Positions 8,523-16,446 of a stretch of 30,871 nucleotides of DNA are shown here, in pieces. The position numbers and the translations under genes were made by a program. The notes under the pieces were generated by a model. The model saw only the letters and a program-made list of their open reading frames with translations. It was not told the DNA's origin and made no database searches. Location: the IMG/VR virus record IMGVR_UViG_3300012948_000013, positions 1-30,871 of that record; one strand, 5' to 3'. The DNA is from a virus. Taxonomy: Duplodnaviria > Caudoviricetes. Every line of letters starts with the position of its first letter. Within the stretch, counting starts at the first letter, position 1.

Positions 8523-8765
8523 ATGGCGGAGGCTGTACAGGTGACAGGGGATCCGGAAACCTGGGAGGCAATGCCGCTTTCTGACCCGGCGGCTGAGCCC
8601 ACGGTGGTTCATGTCCTCATGGCGCATTATGCCTCGGGGTTTTGTGCTGGGGTGTTTAGTACGAGAGAACAGGCTTTAACGTGCGCCGGGCTGAATCCAT
8701 CTCTGGGCTATAGCATAGTGGCGCGGGCACTGGATGGGGGTATGTTGTTGCCACAGAGGCCTTAA
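8523..8765 (+). CDS. hypothetical protein
   Basis: 80-aa ORF with AAGGAG 8 nt upstream. Confidence 0.55.
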   Translation: MAEAVQVTGDPETWEAMPLSDPAAEPTVVHVLMAHYASGFCAGVFSTREQALTCAGLNPSLGYSIVARALDGGMLLPQRP

Positions 8766-8856
8766 AAGCAGTGGTTAGTGATTAGTGGTTAGTTATTAGT
8801 AAAGACAAAACTACTCCCCAACTAACCACTCCATGCCTCCCCTAACCACTAACCAC
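8766..8856. repeat. family-B inverted heptamer element (TAGTGGT/ACCACTA), copy 1
   Basis: AAGCAGTGGTTAGTGATTAGTGGTTAGTTATTAGT, core, then ACTAACCACT...CTAACCACTAACCAC. Confidence 0.85.
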
Positions 8857-8880
8857 ATCACGAGCGAAGCGAGTGATTCA
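8855..8880 (+). promoter_or_regulatory. conserved GA-GAA-GA hairpin before a start codon (copy 2)
   Basis: ATCAC-GA-GC-GAA-GC-GA-GTGAT-TCA-ATG(8881). Confidence 0.75.
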
Positions 8881-9417
8881 ATGGCCAGGACCAGTATATC
8901 CATTGCTGAAGCACTGGAAGTGCTCACGGCGGCGGGGATTGAACTAGGACGTATTCCTAGACGGCTGCCACAAGAGCCCCCCGTGCCAACGGAGATGAGA
9001 CCCCCCAAGCCAAAGAAGCAGGAAGCGGGAAGCAAGAAGCCAGGAGGAGAGCCTACGAGGGATTGGAGCGACTATCCACCCCGGCCTCTCGTAGAGGAAG
9101 CACGGGCCAATGCCAGAGGCCAGCGCCCACGGACGATTACGCTCTACGCTAAGCACTCTATTGCCTCTGGCGAGCCGCAACAACTGCTTACGTTTGGGCC
9201 AGGCAAGTGTACGGTGCCAGCCCATCTGGAAGGGGCACTCCTGCACCAGGACATGCTGGCCAGAGAAGCCGACGCGCGTCTCCTTGAAACGACGCAGCGC
9301 CATTACCTGATTGTCAGGCGCGCCAATGGCTCCGGGCATAGTCAGGCAGTGGGCCTGCAAGTGACGCCGGAGACGCTCGACAATATCGGCTTACTTGACC
9401 AGCGCTTTTTACTCTAG
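8881..9417 (+). CDS. hypothetical protein with an in-frame family-A arm (KKQEAGSKKPG)
   Basis: Start reassigned to ATG 8881 (MARTSISIAE) because the upstream extension is repeat-derived; repeat arm at 9014-9046. Confidence 0.7.
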   Translation: MARTSISIAEALEVLTAAGIELGRIPRRLPQEPPVPTEMRPPKPKKQEAGSKKPGGEPTRDWSDYPPRPLVEEARANARGQRPRTITLYAKHSIASGEPQQLLTFGPGKCTVPAHLEGALLHQDMLAREADARLLETTQRHYLIVRRANGSGHSQAVGLQVTPETLDNIGLLDQRFLL

Positions 9418-9487
9418 AAGCATGGAGCAGGAAGCATGGAGCAGGAATATTCTCCCCATGCTTGCTTCCTGCTCCTTGCTTCTTGCT
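9416..9487. repeat. family-A inverted heptamer element (intergenic)
   Basis: AGAAGCATGGAGCAGGAAGCATGGAGCAGG, core, then TTGCTTCCTGCTCCTTGCTTCTTGCT. Confidence 0.85.
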
Positions 9488-9500
9488 ACGAAGGACATCT

Positions 9501-10016
9501 ATGCCGGTGCGTATGGCGCTCACCAAGGCCACTGGGCAGGGTGAGCAAATTGTCATTGATGTATGCCAATGGAATCCGGTAACGGGTGAGATCGTCCATC
9601 CGCGTGTGGCTGATATGCAGGCCCTCTTTGATGAGGTGCTGGCACAGGCCGATGTACGCCTGATGGAGATGAATACCCGTATGCTCGAGGCTTACGGACT
9701 GGAAACGTATTTTGCCCCTGCCATCTGGAGCAAAATTGTCGCCCTGCTGGACATTCTGGCGGGGAGGCAAGATGCCGGGACGGTGGCCAGGCGCTGGCAA
9801 TCCGAAGTCGAAGAAAATGCCGCTCTGGAGGCTGGACGCTTGCAAGCCCATGAGGCGACGAAAGCCCCCCAAGGCGCCCAGGTGTGTAAGGAATGTACCT
9901 GGAGTAGCGCCGCTTTAGGCATGTCGTGGTGTCGGCCCTGTATGCTGCGTCTGCATCGTGATATTGGCGATTATCTGGCTTTAGAAGCCGGTTACTATGA
10001 GGAGCAGGAAGCATGA
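9501..10016 (+). CDS. hypothetical protein with a C-terminal CxxC...CxxC zinc-finger-like motif
   Basis: ATG 9501 after AAGGA; 'CKEC...WCRPC'. Confidence 0.7.
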   Translation: MPVRMALTKATGQGEQIVIDVCQWNPVTGEIVHPRVADMQALFDEVLAQADVRLMEMNTRMLEAYGLETYFAPAIWSKIVALLDILAGRQDAGTVARRWQSEVEENAALEAGRLQAHEATKAPQGAQVCKECTWSSAALGMSWCRPCMLRLHRDIGDYLALEAGYYEEQEA

Positions 10017-10028
10017 AGCGTGATCGAA

Positions 10029-10192
10029 GAGAAGCGGGAAGCAGGAAGCCAGAAGCGAGAATGGGACTCCCAACTTCCTGCTTCCTGCTTCCTGCTCCTT
10101 GCTTCTTGCTGAGAAGCGGGAAGCAGGAAGCCAGGAGCGAGAATGGGACTCCCAACTTCCTGCTTCCTGCTTCCTGCTCCTTGCTTCTTGCT
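10029..10192. repeat. tandem duplication (2 x 82 bp) of a complete family-A element
   Basis: Units 10029-10110 and 10111-10192 differ at one base by eye; core GAATGGGACTCCCAACTTC; extra heptamers extend the locus to about 10001-10203. Confidence 0.92.
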
Positions 10193-10227
10193 TCTTGCTT
10201 CTCAGCACTCCCTTTGGTCGTGCTGAC

Positions 10228-10692
10228 ATGATGCAACGCCTCTCTCCTGACGCTTTAGGCATGATGCTCCACTGGCCACTTTTTAAGCGCATGGTGGCGT
10301 TTGGGCGTGCACACAACCCGGAGATTCCCGCTGAGCCGGTGGTGACGGCATGGCTCACACGGTTTTACGCTGGCGCGCCGGATGTGTATGTGCTGGTTGA
10401 CCTGGATGATACAAAGGGTATTACTGCCCATGTTTACGCCGAGATTCAGGATCTCTACGGCGTGCGTGTGATGCATGTCTACCAGGTGTGGCAAGACAAA
10501 GCCGACCTGTCCAGGTTGGACGAGACCATAGAATGGCTCGAAAAAACCGCCTACTCGCAGGGCTGCACACTGGGGACCGCCATGATTCACCAGCGCCATA
10601 CACGGGCTTTCCAGAAACGCTATGGCTACACCTCTACACGCACCGTAATTACTAAACACTTGAGTGCGCCTGAGGAGAACGATCATGGGTGA
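10228..10692 (+). CDS. GNAT-fold-like protein (podovirus gp13-like, precedes ejection proteins)
   Basis: Beta-strand pattern 'VYVLVD...ITAHVYAEI...MHVYQVW' and ending 'AFQKRYGY......ITKHL' resemble phage acetyltransferase-like proteins at this position. Confidence 0.55.
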   Translation: MMQRLSPDALGMMLHWPLFKRMVAFGRAHNPEIPAEPVVTAWLTRFYAGAPDVYVLVDLDDTKGITAHVYAEIQDLYGVRVMHVYQVWQDKADLSRLDETIEWLEKTAYSQGCTLGTAMIHQRHTRAFQKRYGYTSTRTVITKHLSAPEENDHG

Positions 10693-12031
10693 TTTGGTCT
10701 CAAGCATTCTTGGGGGAGCCAAATATACCACCCAAACGACTGCGCCCGATCCACTCTCGCAACTCCAGAATACACTGCGCTATAACGAATTAGCCCTGAT
10801 GAATCAGACCGTTGAGCCAGCGCAGCTTTACGGACCACCGCAAAGTGTCTATGAGGCATACCAGGCCGATCCGCGCGTGCAAGACCTCTACAACCAGGCC
10901 CAGGGCTATCTCGGCGCCATTCCCGGCTACCAGCAAAACATGCAGAACATTGCTGGCCAGATGGCGCAGTATCCACAGCAGATGCAGCAAATTGCCCAGG
11001 GGCTCGGACCCTACCAAACCTACACCGGCCAACTAGCGCAAGACATGTGGAACACGCAGCAACAGATGGCCGACTATTCGAAGGCCTATAACGTGTATTT
11101 GAATCAGTTAGTAAGTGGCGCCCGCGGTGCCCCTATGGGGGCCATGAGTGGCGGCGGGGGATTTGGTGGGGCAGGCGGCGGTGGGGGTGGCTACGGCGGC
11201 GGCTCGTGGCGTGGTGGTGACGGTGGCTACGGCGGCGGCGGCTTTACCCCCGGCCCGGGCGGCGGCATGACCATGGATCAGTATAAGGCCATGGGGACGA
11301 CTGGCCTGGGCGACTATGTGAAACAAATCCTCGGGCCACAACTCACCCAGGGCTTTGCCGCCGAAGGCCTGGGGGCTTCAGGCGCCGCCCAGGAAGCCCT
11401 GGCCAAAGGCACCGCGCAAGTCGCGGAAGATTTTATTAAAACCTTACCCGCCGCCGCCGAGCAATTAGGCATGCTGCCCTACCAGCAGGGCCTAGCGGCT
11501 AGCCAGGGGAATTTATATGGCGCCCAGGGACGCTTGGCAGGCGCCCAGGCTGGCCTGGCGGGGGCGCAAGCGGGCTTAGCCGGCGCCCAGGCGCAGCACA
11601 TTGGCGCCATGACCCCCTACGAACAGGCCCTCATGGGCGCCCAGGCTAATATGCAAATGGCCCAGATGGGCCTTCTTGGCATGCAGCCCCTGATGCAGCA
11701 GTACAACATGCAGCAGGGCGTCATGCAACCCATCCAGCAAGCCGCCAATCTGCAGCTCGCCCAGCTGCAACCATGGCAGGCCGCGTATCAGGCCACCGCC
11801 GGGCAACTGGCCCCGTATCAAGCCATGGGGCAATTAGGTCTCCAGGGATCGCAGGCCACGCAGGGCTTAATGTCCATGGCCGATTATCAGCGCTCACTCA
11901 ACGAGCAAAATCTCATGCGGCAGCAACAGATGGCCTTAACGGGCCTGACCGGCATTCCGTATAATCCGGGCTCGGTGCAGACTGGTGTCCAGCGACAACC
12001 GCCGCTGTTTGGCTTTTTTGGCTATGGTTAG
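10685..12031 (+). CDS. putative internal virion (DNA ejection) protein, Gly/Gln/Ala/Met-rich
   Basis: ATG 10685 after GAGGAG; N-terminus 'MGDLVSSILGG...TTQTT.P' is typical of ejection/pilot proteins; low complexity. Confidence 0.7.
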   Translation: MGDLVSSILGGAKYTTQTTAPDPLSQLQNTLRYNELALMNQTVEPAQLYGPPQSVYEAYQADPRVQDLYNQAQGYLGAIPGYQQNMQNIAGQMAQYPQQMQQIAQGLGPYQTYTGQLAQDMWNTQQQMADYSKAYNVYLNQLVSGARGAPMGAMSGGGGFGGAGGGGGGYGGGSWRGGDGGYGGGGFTPGPGGGMTMDQYKAMGTTGLGDYVKQILGPQLTQGFAAEGLGASGAAQEALAKGTAQVAEDFIKTLPAAAEQLGMLPYQQGLAASQGNLYGAQGRLAGAQAGLAGAQAGLAGAQAQHIGAMTPYEQALMGAQANMQMAQMGLLGMQPLMQQYNMQQGVMQPIQQAANLQLAQLQPWQAAYQATAGQLAPYQAMGQLGLQGSQATQGLMSMADYQRSLNEQNLMRQQQMALTGLTGIPYNPGSVQTGVQRQPPLFGFFGYG

Positions 12032-12050
12032 CGGAGAGAAGGAGTAAACC

Positions 12051-12953
12051 ATGGGGAATTTAGGCGGTGATGCCATGGGCGGGTGGAATCAAGGCATGGC
12101 ACAGGCGCTCGGCTATGGCTACGGCATGCCGACTCTCGCAGCAAACGTGCCGGGAGGGAGCAAGTTCGGGGGGTACGGGACTGGCCCGGACTACGCAAGC
12201 ATGGTCGGTGGCAACACCGGCAGTCAGGGAAGCGGCGCCTGGACGGGCCAGGGGCTGCCTCCTGGACTGGGCGCGGCGTCGGGTGGGACCGCTGGCGGCG
12301 GAGATGGCGGCACTGGCAGTCCCAGCTGGTATAGTGCGCTGGGCGGCGGTGGCGGCTATGGCGGTGGGTATGGTGGCGGCGGGGGTGGTGGCTACGGCGC
12401 GTATGGCGGCTATGGCGGCGGCCTGGCTGGCCTGGGCTATCCCCCCTCCTATGGCTATGGGGCGGCCCTGCCCATGATGCCGGGTGGCATGGGGGCTATG
12501 GGTGGGCAGCGTTTCTCCCCCCTGTGGAGCATACCGCCTGGCCAGGGCGGCAATTTGGGCGGCATGGGCGGCGGCCCCCCTGGCCAGGGGCTAGGCGGCA
12601 TGATGGGCGCCATGCAGCAACTCGCAGCGATGACGCCCGAACAGCGCCAGGCCATTGCCAACTCGCCAGCCGGCACGTATTGGGGCGACTGGCAGCAACG
12701 CTATAGCCAGATGAGCCCGCAGATGCAACAGAGTTTGAATACGCTCAATACCGCCATGACGGGCGGCAATGCCTACGGGCAAAATCCCATCTCGCCGTAC
12801 TGGGGCCAGGTGGCCAAAAACTGGCGCGCTATGACACCCGAACAGCAGCAAAATCTTGATGTCACGCCCGGCAGCTACTGGGGCAATATCCAGAGCCAAT
12901 ACAATCGCTTCTCACCAGAGACGCAATCCATGATGCAGCAATACTTTGGCTAA
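12051..12953 (+). CDS. Gly/Tyr/Gln-rich putative internal virion protein
   Basis: AAGGAG RBS; GGYGG tracts; duplicated C-terminal 'MTPEQ...YWG' unit. Confidence 0.7.
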   Translation: MGNLGGDAMGGWNQGMAQALGYGYGMPTLAANVPGGSKFGGYGTGPDYASMVGGNTGSQGSGAWTGQGLPPGLGAASGGTAGGGDGGTGSPSWYSALGGGGGYGGGYGGGGGGGYGAYGGYGGGLAGLGYPPSYGYGAALPMMPGGMGAMGGQRFSPLWSIPPGQGGNLGGMGGGPPGQGLGGMMGAMQQLAAMTPEQRQAIANSPAGTYWGDWQQRYSQMSPQMQQSLNTLNTAMTGGNAYGQNPISPYWGQVAKNWRAMTPEQQQNLDVTPGSYWGNIQSQYNRFSPETQSMMQQYFG

Positions 12954-12962
12954 GGAGCCACG

Positions 12963-13430
12963 ATGCCACTGACGGACTTTCTGGGCCGAGCAGTGAAATC
13001 GCGCCCAGCGCCGCAGCCGCCCATGCCGGTGCGCATGAACAATCCGCTCAACATCAAAGTCGGCGGGGCGACCAAAAAATGGATCGAAGACGGCCTGGCC
13101 CAAGTGGGCGAGCGGGCCCAAGATGGTGGGCGCTTTCTCCATTTTACGTCGCCGGAGGTGGGCCTTAGGGCGGCTCAGGACTTGCTCACTGGCCCGGTCT
13201 ATAACGACCTCAGCCAGGGCGAGGCGTTAAAGAAATGGTCCAATAATGGTTACGGCGCCGACATTGTGCAGGGCGTTGACCCGCAGACCACAGTGAGTCA
13301 ACTGACGCCCGCTGAACTGGCGCAGACGCTCGCCGCCATGCGGCAGAGGGAAAGCGGCGGGTCCGGCGAAGGCGCCCAGGCGCCGGTTCCCTTTGATGAC
13401 ATCGACCAGGCAGCCAGAATGCCACTCTAA
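12963..13430 (+). CDS. virion-associated lysozyme-like protein (NNPxNI family)
   Basis: 'RMNNPLNIK', 'F..F.SPE.G.RA....L...Y' and 'AM.QRESG' motifs; TAAGGAG RBS. Confidence 0.65.
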   Translation: MPLTDFLGRAVKSRPAPQPPMPVRMNNPLNIKVGGATKKWIEDGLAQVGERAQDGGRFLHFTSPEVGLRAAQDLLTGPVYNDLSQGEALKKWSNNGYGADIVQGVDPQTTVSQLTPAELAQTLAAMRQRESGGSGEGAQAPVPFDDIDQAARMPL

Positions 13431-13528
13431 AGCAGTGGTTAGTGGTGAGTGATTAGTGGTTCGTTGGGGAGATATACGGGGTAATATGGTTTTTCTTTAC
13501 TAACCACTAACCACTCAAAACTAACCAC
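13430..13528. repeat. family-B inverted heptamer element, copy 2
   Basis: AAGCAGTGGTTAGTGGTGAGTGATTAGTGGTT, core, then ACTAACCACTAACCACTCAAAACTAACCAC. Confidence 0.85.
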
Positions 13529-13554
13529 ATCGCGACTCGAAGAGGAGTGATGCA
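13527..13554 (+). promoter_or_regulatory. conserved GA-GAA-GA hairpin before a start codon (copy 3)
   Basis: CATCGC-GA-CTC-GAA-GAG-GA-GTGATG-CA-ATG(13555); contains GAGGAG as a Shine-Dalgarno. Confidence 0.75.
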
Positions 13555-13974
13555 ATGGCGCTGTTTGATTTTCTTGGCAACCCGGTGGGCGTGGGCAATA
13601 TGACGTGGGGCCAGCTTGCTTCTCGCTCCGCGCTTCCTGCTTCTCCTACTCCCTGGATGCCCCCGCCCCAAATGGGCGCGCAGTTCATGCCGCAGGTGCC
13701 AGGCGCCACGCCGATGCCGGGCTCGCCGCTCGCCCCCATGGGCGGCGGTGGCGGGAACACCATGAAGGACATTGGCACGGTGCAGGATATCTCTAAGATG
13801 CTGGGCGGGGCAGGGACTGGGACGGCGGCTTCAACGAGCGCGGCGGCCATGGCCAATGCGGCGGATGTGGGGATGATGAGTGGTGAGGCGGCCCTAGGCG
13901 GGGCTGGCGCGGCGGGGGCCGCGGCGCCCTCGCTCTGGAGTCAGATTGCTGAGTGGTTACTGGCGCTGATCTAG
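13555..13974 (+). CDS. putative small internal virion protein with C-terminal hydrophobic helix
   Basis: Gly/Ala/Pro-rich, ends 'SLWSQIAEWLLALI'; in-frame family-A arm (LASRSALPASP) at 13614-13647. Confidence 0.7.
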   Translation: MALFDFLGNPVGVGNMTWGQLASRSALPASPTPWMPPPQMGAQFMPQVPGATPMPGSPLAPMGGGGGNTMKDIGTVQDISKMLGGAGTGTAASTSAAAMANAADVGMMSGEAALGGAGAAGAAAPSLWSQIAEWLLALI

Positions 13975-13977
13975 GGG

Positions 13978-16446
13978 ATGAGCATGGCGGACGATCAAGA
14001 CACTGCGGCACTTGACGAACAGTGGACAGCGCCTTTTCCGTGGCTCACCCAGCCGGGGCAGGCCTGGCCTAGCGATGTGCCAAGACCAGCGCCACGGACG
14101 CAACCGTATAGCCCGCCAGACGGCAGCACTCCTGTGCCTCAGGCACCATCTGCGCCGCGTCTGAAGGGACTGGACGAAACGCAGCTTGCCACGCGGGATA
14201 TGACTATTGACGCCGCCCAACGTCATGGCGTGGACCCTGCGACGGCGCTGGCGATGGTGCATCAGGAAAGTGATTACGGCAAGAATATCGTTGGGCAACT
14301 GGGTGAGCGCGGCCCGTTTCAAATTATGCCAGCGACGGCCAAGCAGATTGTCCAGTGGCATAACGCCACGTCAGACGAGAAATGGACCACCGACCGCGTA
14401 CTCAACGATGCGCCGACCAATATTGACGCGGGCCTCTATTACTATAAGACGTTACTGACGCGGACTGGCAACGAAGGCCAGGCGCTGAAGCTCTACAATG
14501 GCTCGAATGCGTATGTCACAGCCGTGCTCAACAAAAAACCGGCGGAGGCAGCGGCACTCGCCAGCGGGCCGTCTGTGGCGAGTGCCGCCGATGAACGCGC
14601 CGCCCGCGCCGCCGTCGAGCAAAAACGCGCCGCGATGCAGGCCGGTACGAACGGTGGCGCGCCTCTGGGGAGAAGCGCGGAGCAGGAAGCAGGAAGCAGG
14701 AATGGGACAAGTGGGGGCACCACGGCTATTCCTGCTCCTAGCGCCGCGGCTATTCCTGCTTCTAGCTCCGCGCTTCCCGCTTCTTCCTTCACGCCACCAG
14801 CCTGGACCGGCGCACCGGAAGGCCAGGGCATCGCAGCAGGTGAGCGCGGTCTGGAATACGGCGGCGGCGCGCCAAGCTATAAAGCTACCCGGCAAAGTGA
14901 TGCTGCGTTTGTGCAATCACTTGTGAACAAGCCCAGAGGCGGACCCTTTGAAGGCATTGGCACGATACCCTTACTCATTGGCCTCATAGCGGCGGCTAAT
15001 GGCCAGTTTGGGCCGCTGGCCGCCATGATGGAGCAAACGCGCAAGACGCAACAGGCGGCCACCATGCAACCGCTGCTCACGGAAATTTCGAGACGCCAGG
15101 GCGCAGGGGATTATGCGGGGGCCTTACAACTGGGCGAGATGGGTTTCGGGGCCTTAGAGGGCCGCGCGCCAGAGGCGGCCAAAGATCTGTCTACGACACT
15201 GCAAAGCATTCGCAAAAACCGCAATGATCTCCAAACCGTGCGCCAGACGCTGCAAGGCATGGAAGAGGGCGGCTCCATGACCAGCATGAATCCCTATTAT
15301 CGCCAATTGAAGGCCATACAAACCATGGCCGACAAGGGCGATATTGGCTCCGCCGCCGCCGCTCTGAATCTGCTCAACGAGACCAAGAATATCCAGGTGC
15401 AGACCGGGCCTGTCGCTACCCGCTTTATTGCGCCCGGCACGCAGCAGGTCGTCACCATTGCCAATCAACAAATGTTCGATCCAGAGCAAAACAAAGGGTT
15501 GGCTTGGGAAACCACGCTTGGCAAACTTAAACTCACGCCGGACCAGGCCACTAAGATACTCACCCATCAGGTAGGGCCGGTGCTCAATGCGGATGGCGTG
15601 GATATGAATACCCCAGAAGGAGACAACCAACTTCGTACCCTGCTGGCCAATAACCGGGCTTTCCAGGCCAGGATAGAACAAGCCTCGAAGATACCGCTCT
15701 CTGACGCTGACGCTGAGGTAGCGGGCAAAATGGGCATCCCGCAGGAACGCATCTTGACGCGCGATTTCACGCCTGAGGAATGGAAAGTCCTCTTTGATGC
15801 GCGCGCCGAAGCAAGTCAGATGGCACAAACGGGTATCTTCCGGGCCAAACGCGAGGAATGGCCGAAAACCCCCAGCGCGCAGCTCCCAGACCAGGCAATT
15901 ATTGATCCGCTCACGGGCCAGGAGCGCATGATGTGGACTCCCAACGATATGCAGGCCCATGCCGACGCGGCCGATAAAGAGCAAGGCCAACTGGTGCAAC
16001 GCACTAATCTGCCGCAGATTTACAAATTAACTCAGTTACGTAATCGCTTAAATCAACTGGAAACAATCTTGAATGACCCTGGAATGGCGGACATTTCGGA
16101 CCCCATTGGCGGCTTTCGCCAAAAGCTCGTGGGCGAGGCTAACCGGCGCTTTCCTCTCTCGGATGAGGTGTCGGTACGGCAGTCCATGCAGGATCTGGCC
16201 TCAGGACCACTACAAGCCTTTCTCAATGAATCAAAGCAAGGCAAGCAATACCAGGGGGCGCTCAATACCTTACTGAATGACAATATCAGAAAAGATGTGG
16301 CCATTAAACAACTGGGCATTCTGCGCAATGCCATTCAGGACGATCTCAATATGTATTCTGTGATGGCGGCGCCTGGCATCCCAGCCCAATCTGCACCGCC
16401 AGGGCCGGCTGAAACAACCATTGTCAAAGGAACGAAGATTCACTAA
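13978..16446 (+). CDS. internal virion protein with soluble lytic transglycosylase (SLT) domain
   Basis: 'AAQRHGVDP...AMVHQES', 'GPFQIMPATA', 'NIDAGLYY' and 'ALKLYNG' are SLT motifs I-III with the catalytic Glu. Confidence 0.88.
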   Translation: MSMADDQDTAALDEQWTAPFPWLTQPGQAWPSDVPRPAPRTQPYSPPDGSTPVPQAPSAPRLKGLDETQLATRDMTIDAAQRHGVDPATALAMVHQESDYGKNIVGQLGERGPFQIMPATAKQIVQWHNATSDEKWTTDRVLNDAPTNIDAGLYYYKTLLTRTGNEGQALKLYNGSNAYVTAVLNKKPAEAAALASGPSVASAADERAARAAVEQKRAAMQAGTNGGAPLGRSAEQEAGSRNGTSGGTTAIPAPSAAAIPASSSALPASSFTPPAWTGAPEGQGIAAGERGLEYGGGAPSYKATRQSDAAFVQSLVNKPRGGPFEGIGTIPLLIGLIAAANGQFGPLAAMMEQTRKTQQAATMQPLLTEISRRQGAGDYAGALQLGEMGFGALEGRAPEAAKDLSTTLQSIRKNRNDLQTVRQTLQGMEEGGSMTSMNPYYRQLKAIQTMADKGDIGSAAAALNLLNETKNIQVQTGPVATRFIAPGTQQVVTIANQQMFDPEQNKGLAWETTLGKLKLTPDQATKILTHQVGPVLNADGVDMNTPEGDNQLRTLLANNRAFQARIEQASKIPLSDADAEVAGKMGIPQERILTRDFTPEEWKVLFDARAEASQMAQTGIFRAKREEWPKTPSAQLPDQAIIDPLTGQERMMWTPNDMQAHADAADKEQGQLVQRTNLPQIYKLTQLRNRLNQLETILNDPGMADISDPIGGFRQKLVGEANRRFPLSDEVSVRQSMQDLASGPLQAFLNESKQGKQYQGALNTLLNDNIRKDVAIKQLGILRNAIQDDLNMYSVMAAPGIPAQSAPPGPAETTIVKGTKIH
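14668..14787. repeat. family-A element in-frame in the SLT-protein linker
   Basis: GGAGAAGCGCGGAGCAGGAAGCAGGAAGCAGGAATGGGAC...GCTCCGCGCTTCCCGCTTCTTCC; encodes RSAEQEAGSRNGT...SALPASS. Confidence 0.85.

Noticed and set aside
10001-10203. Possible CRISPR array
   Set aside because: Units are directly adjacent with no unique spacers, and no cas genes are present.
9462-10358. Overlapping ORFs and N-terminal extensions rich in LLPASCF or KQEAGSR (9553..10236 -, 9981..10358 -, 10013..10231 +, starts at 9462 and 10099)
   Set aside because: They arise because the heptamer repeat has no stop codons; better starts lie downstream at 9501 and 10228.
15154-15999. 281-aa minus-strand ORF (and similar ones such as 25318..25974)
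   Set aside because: Antisense shadows of well-supported genes in GC-rich DNA, with no recognisable motifs.
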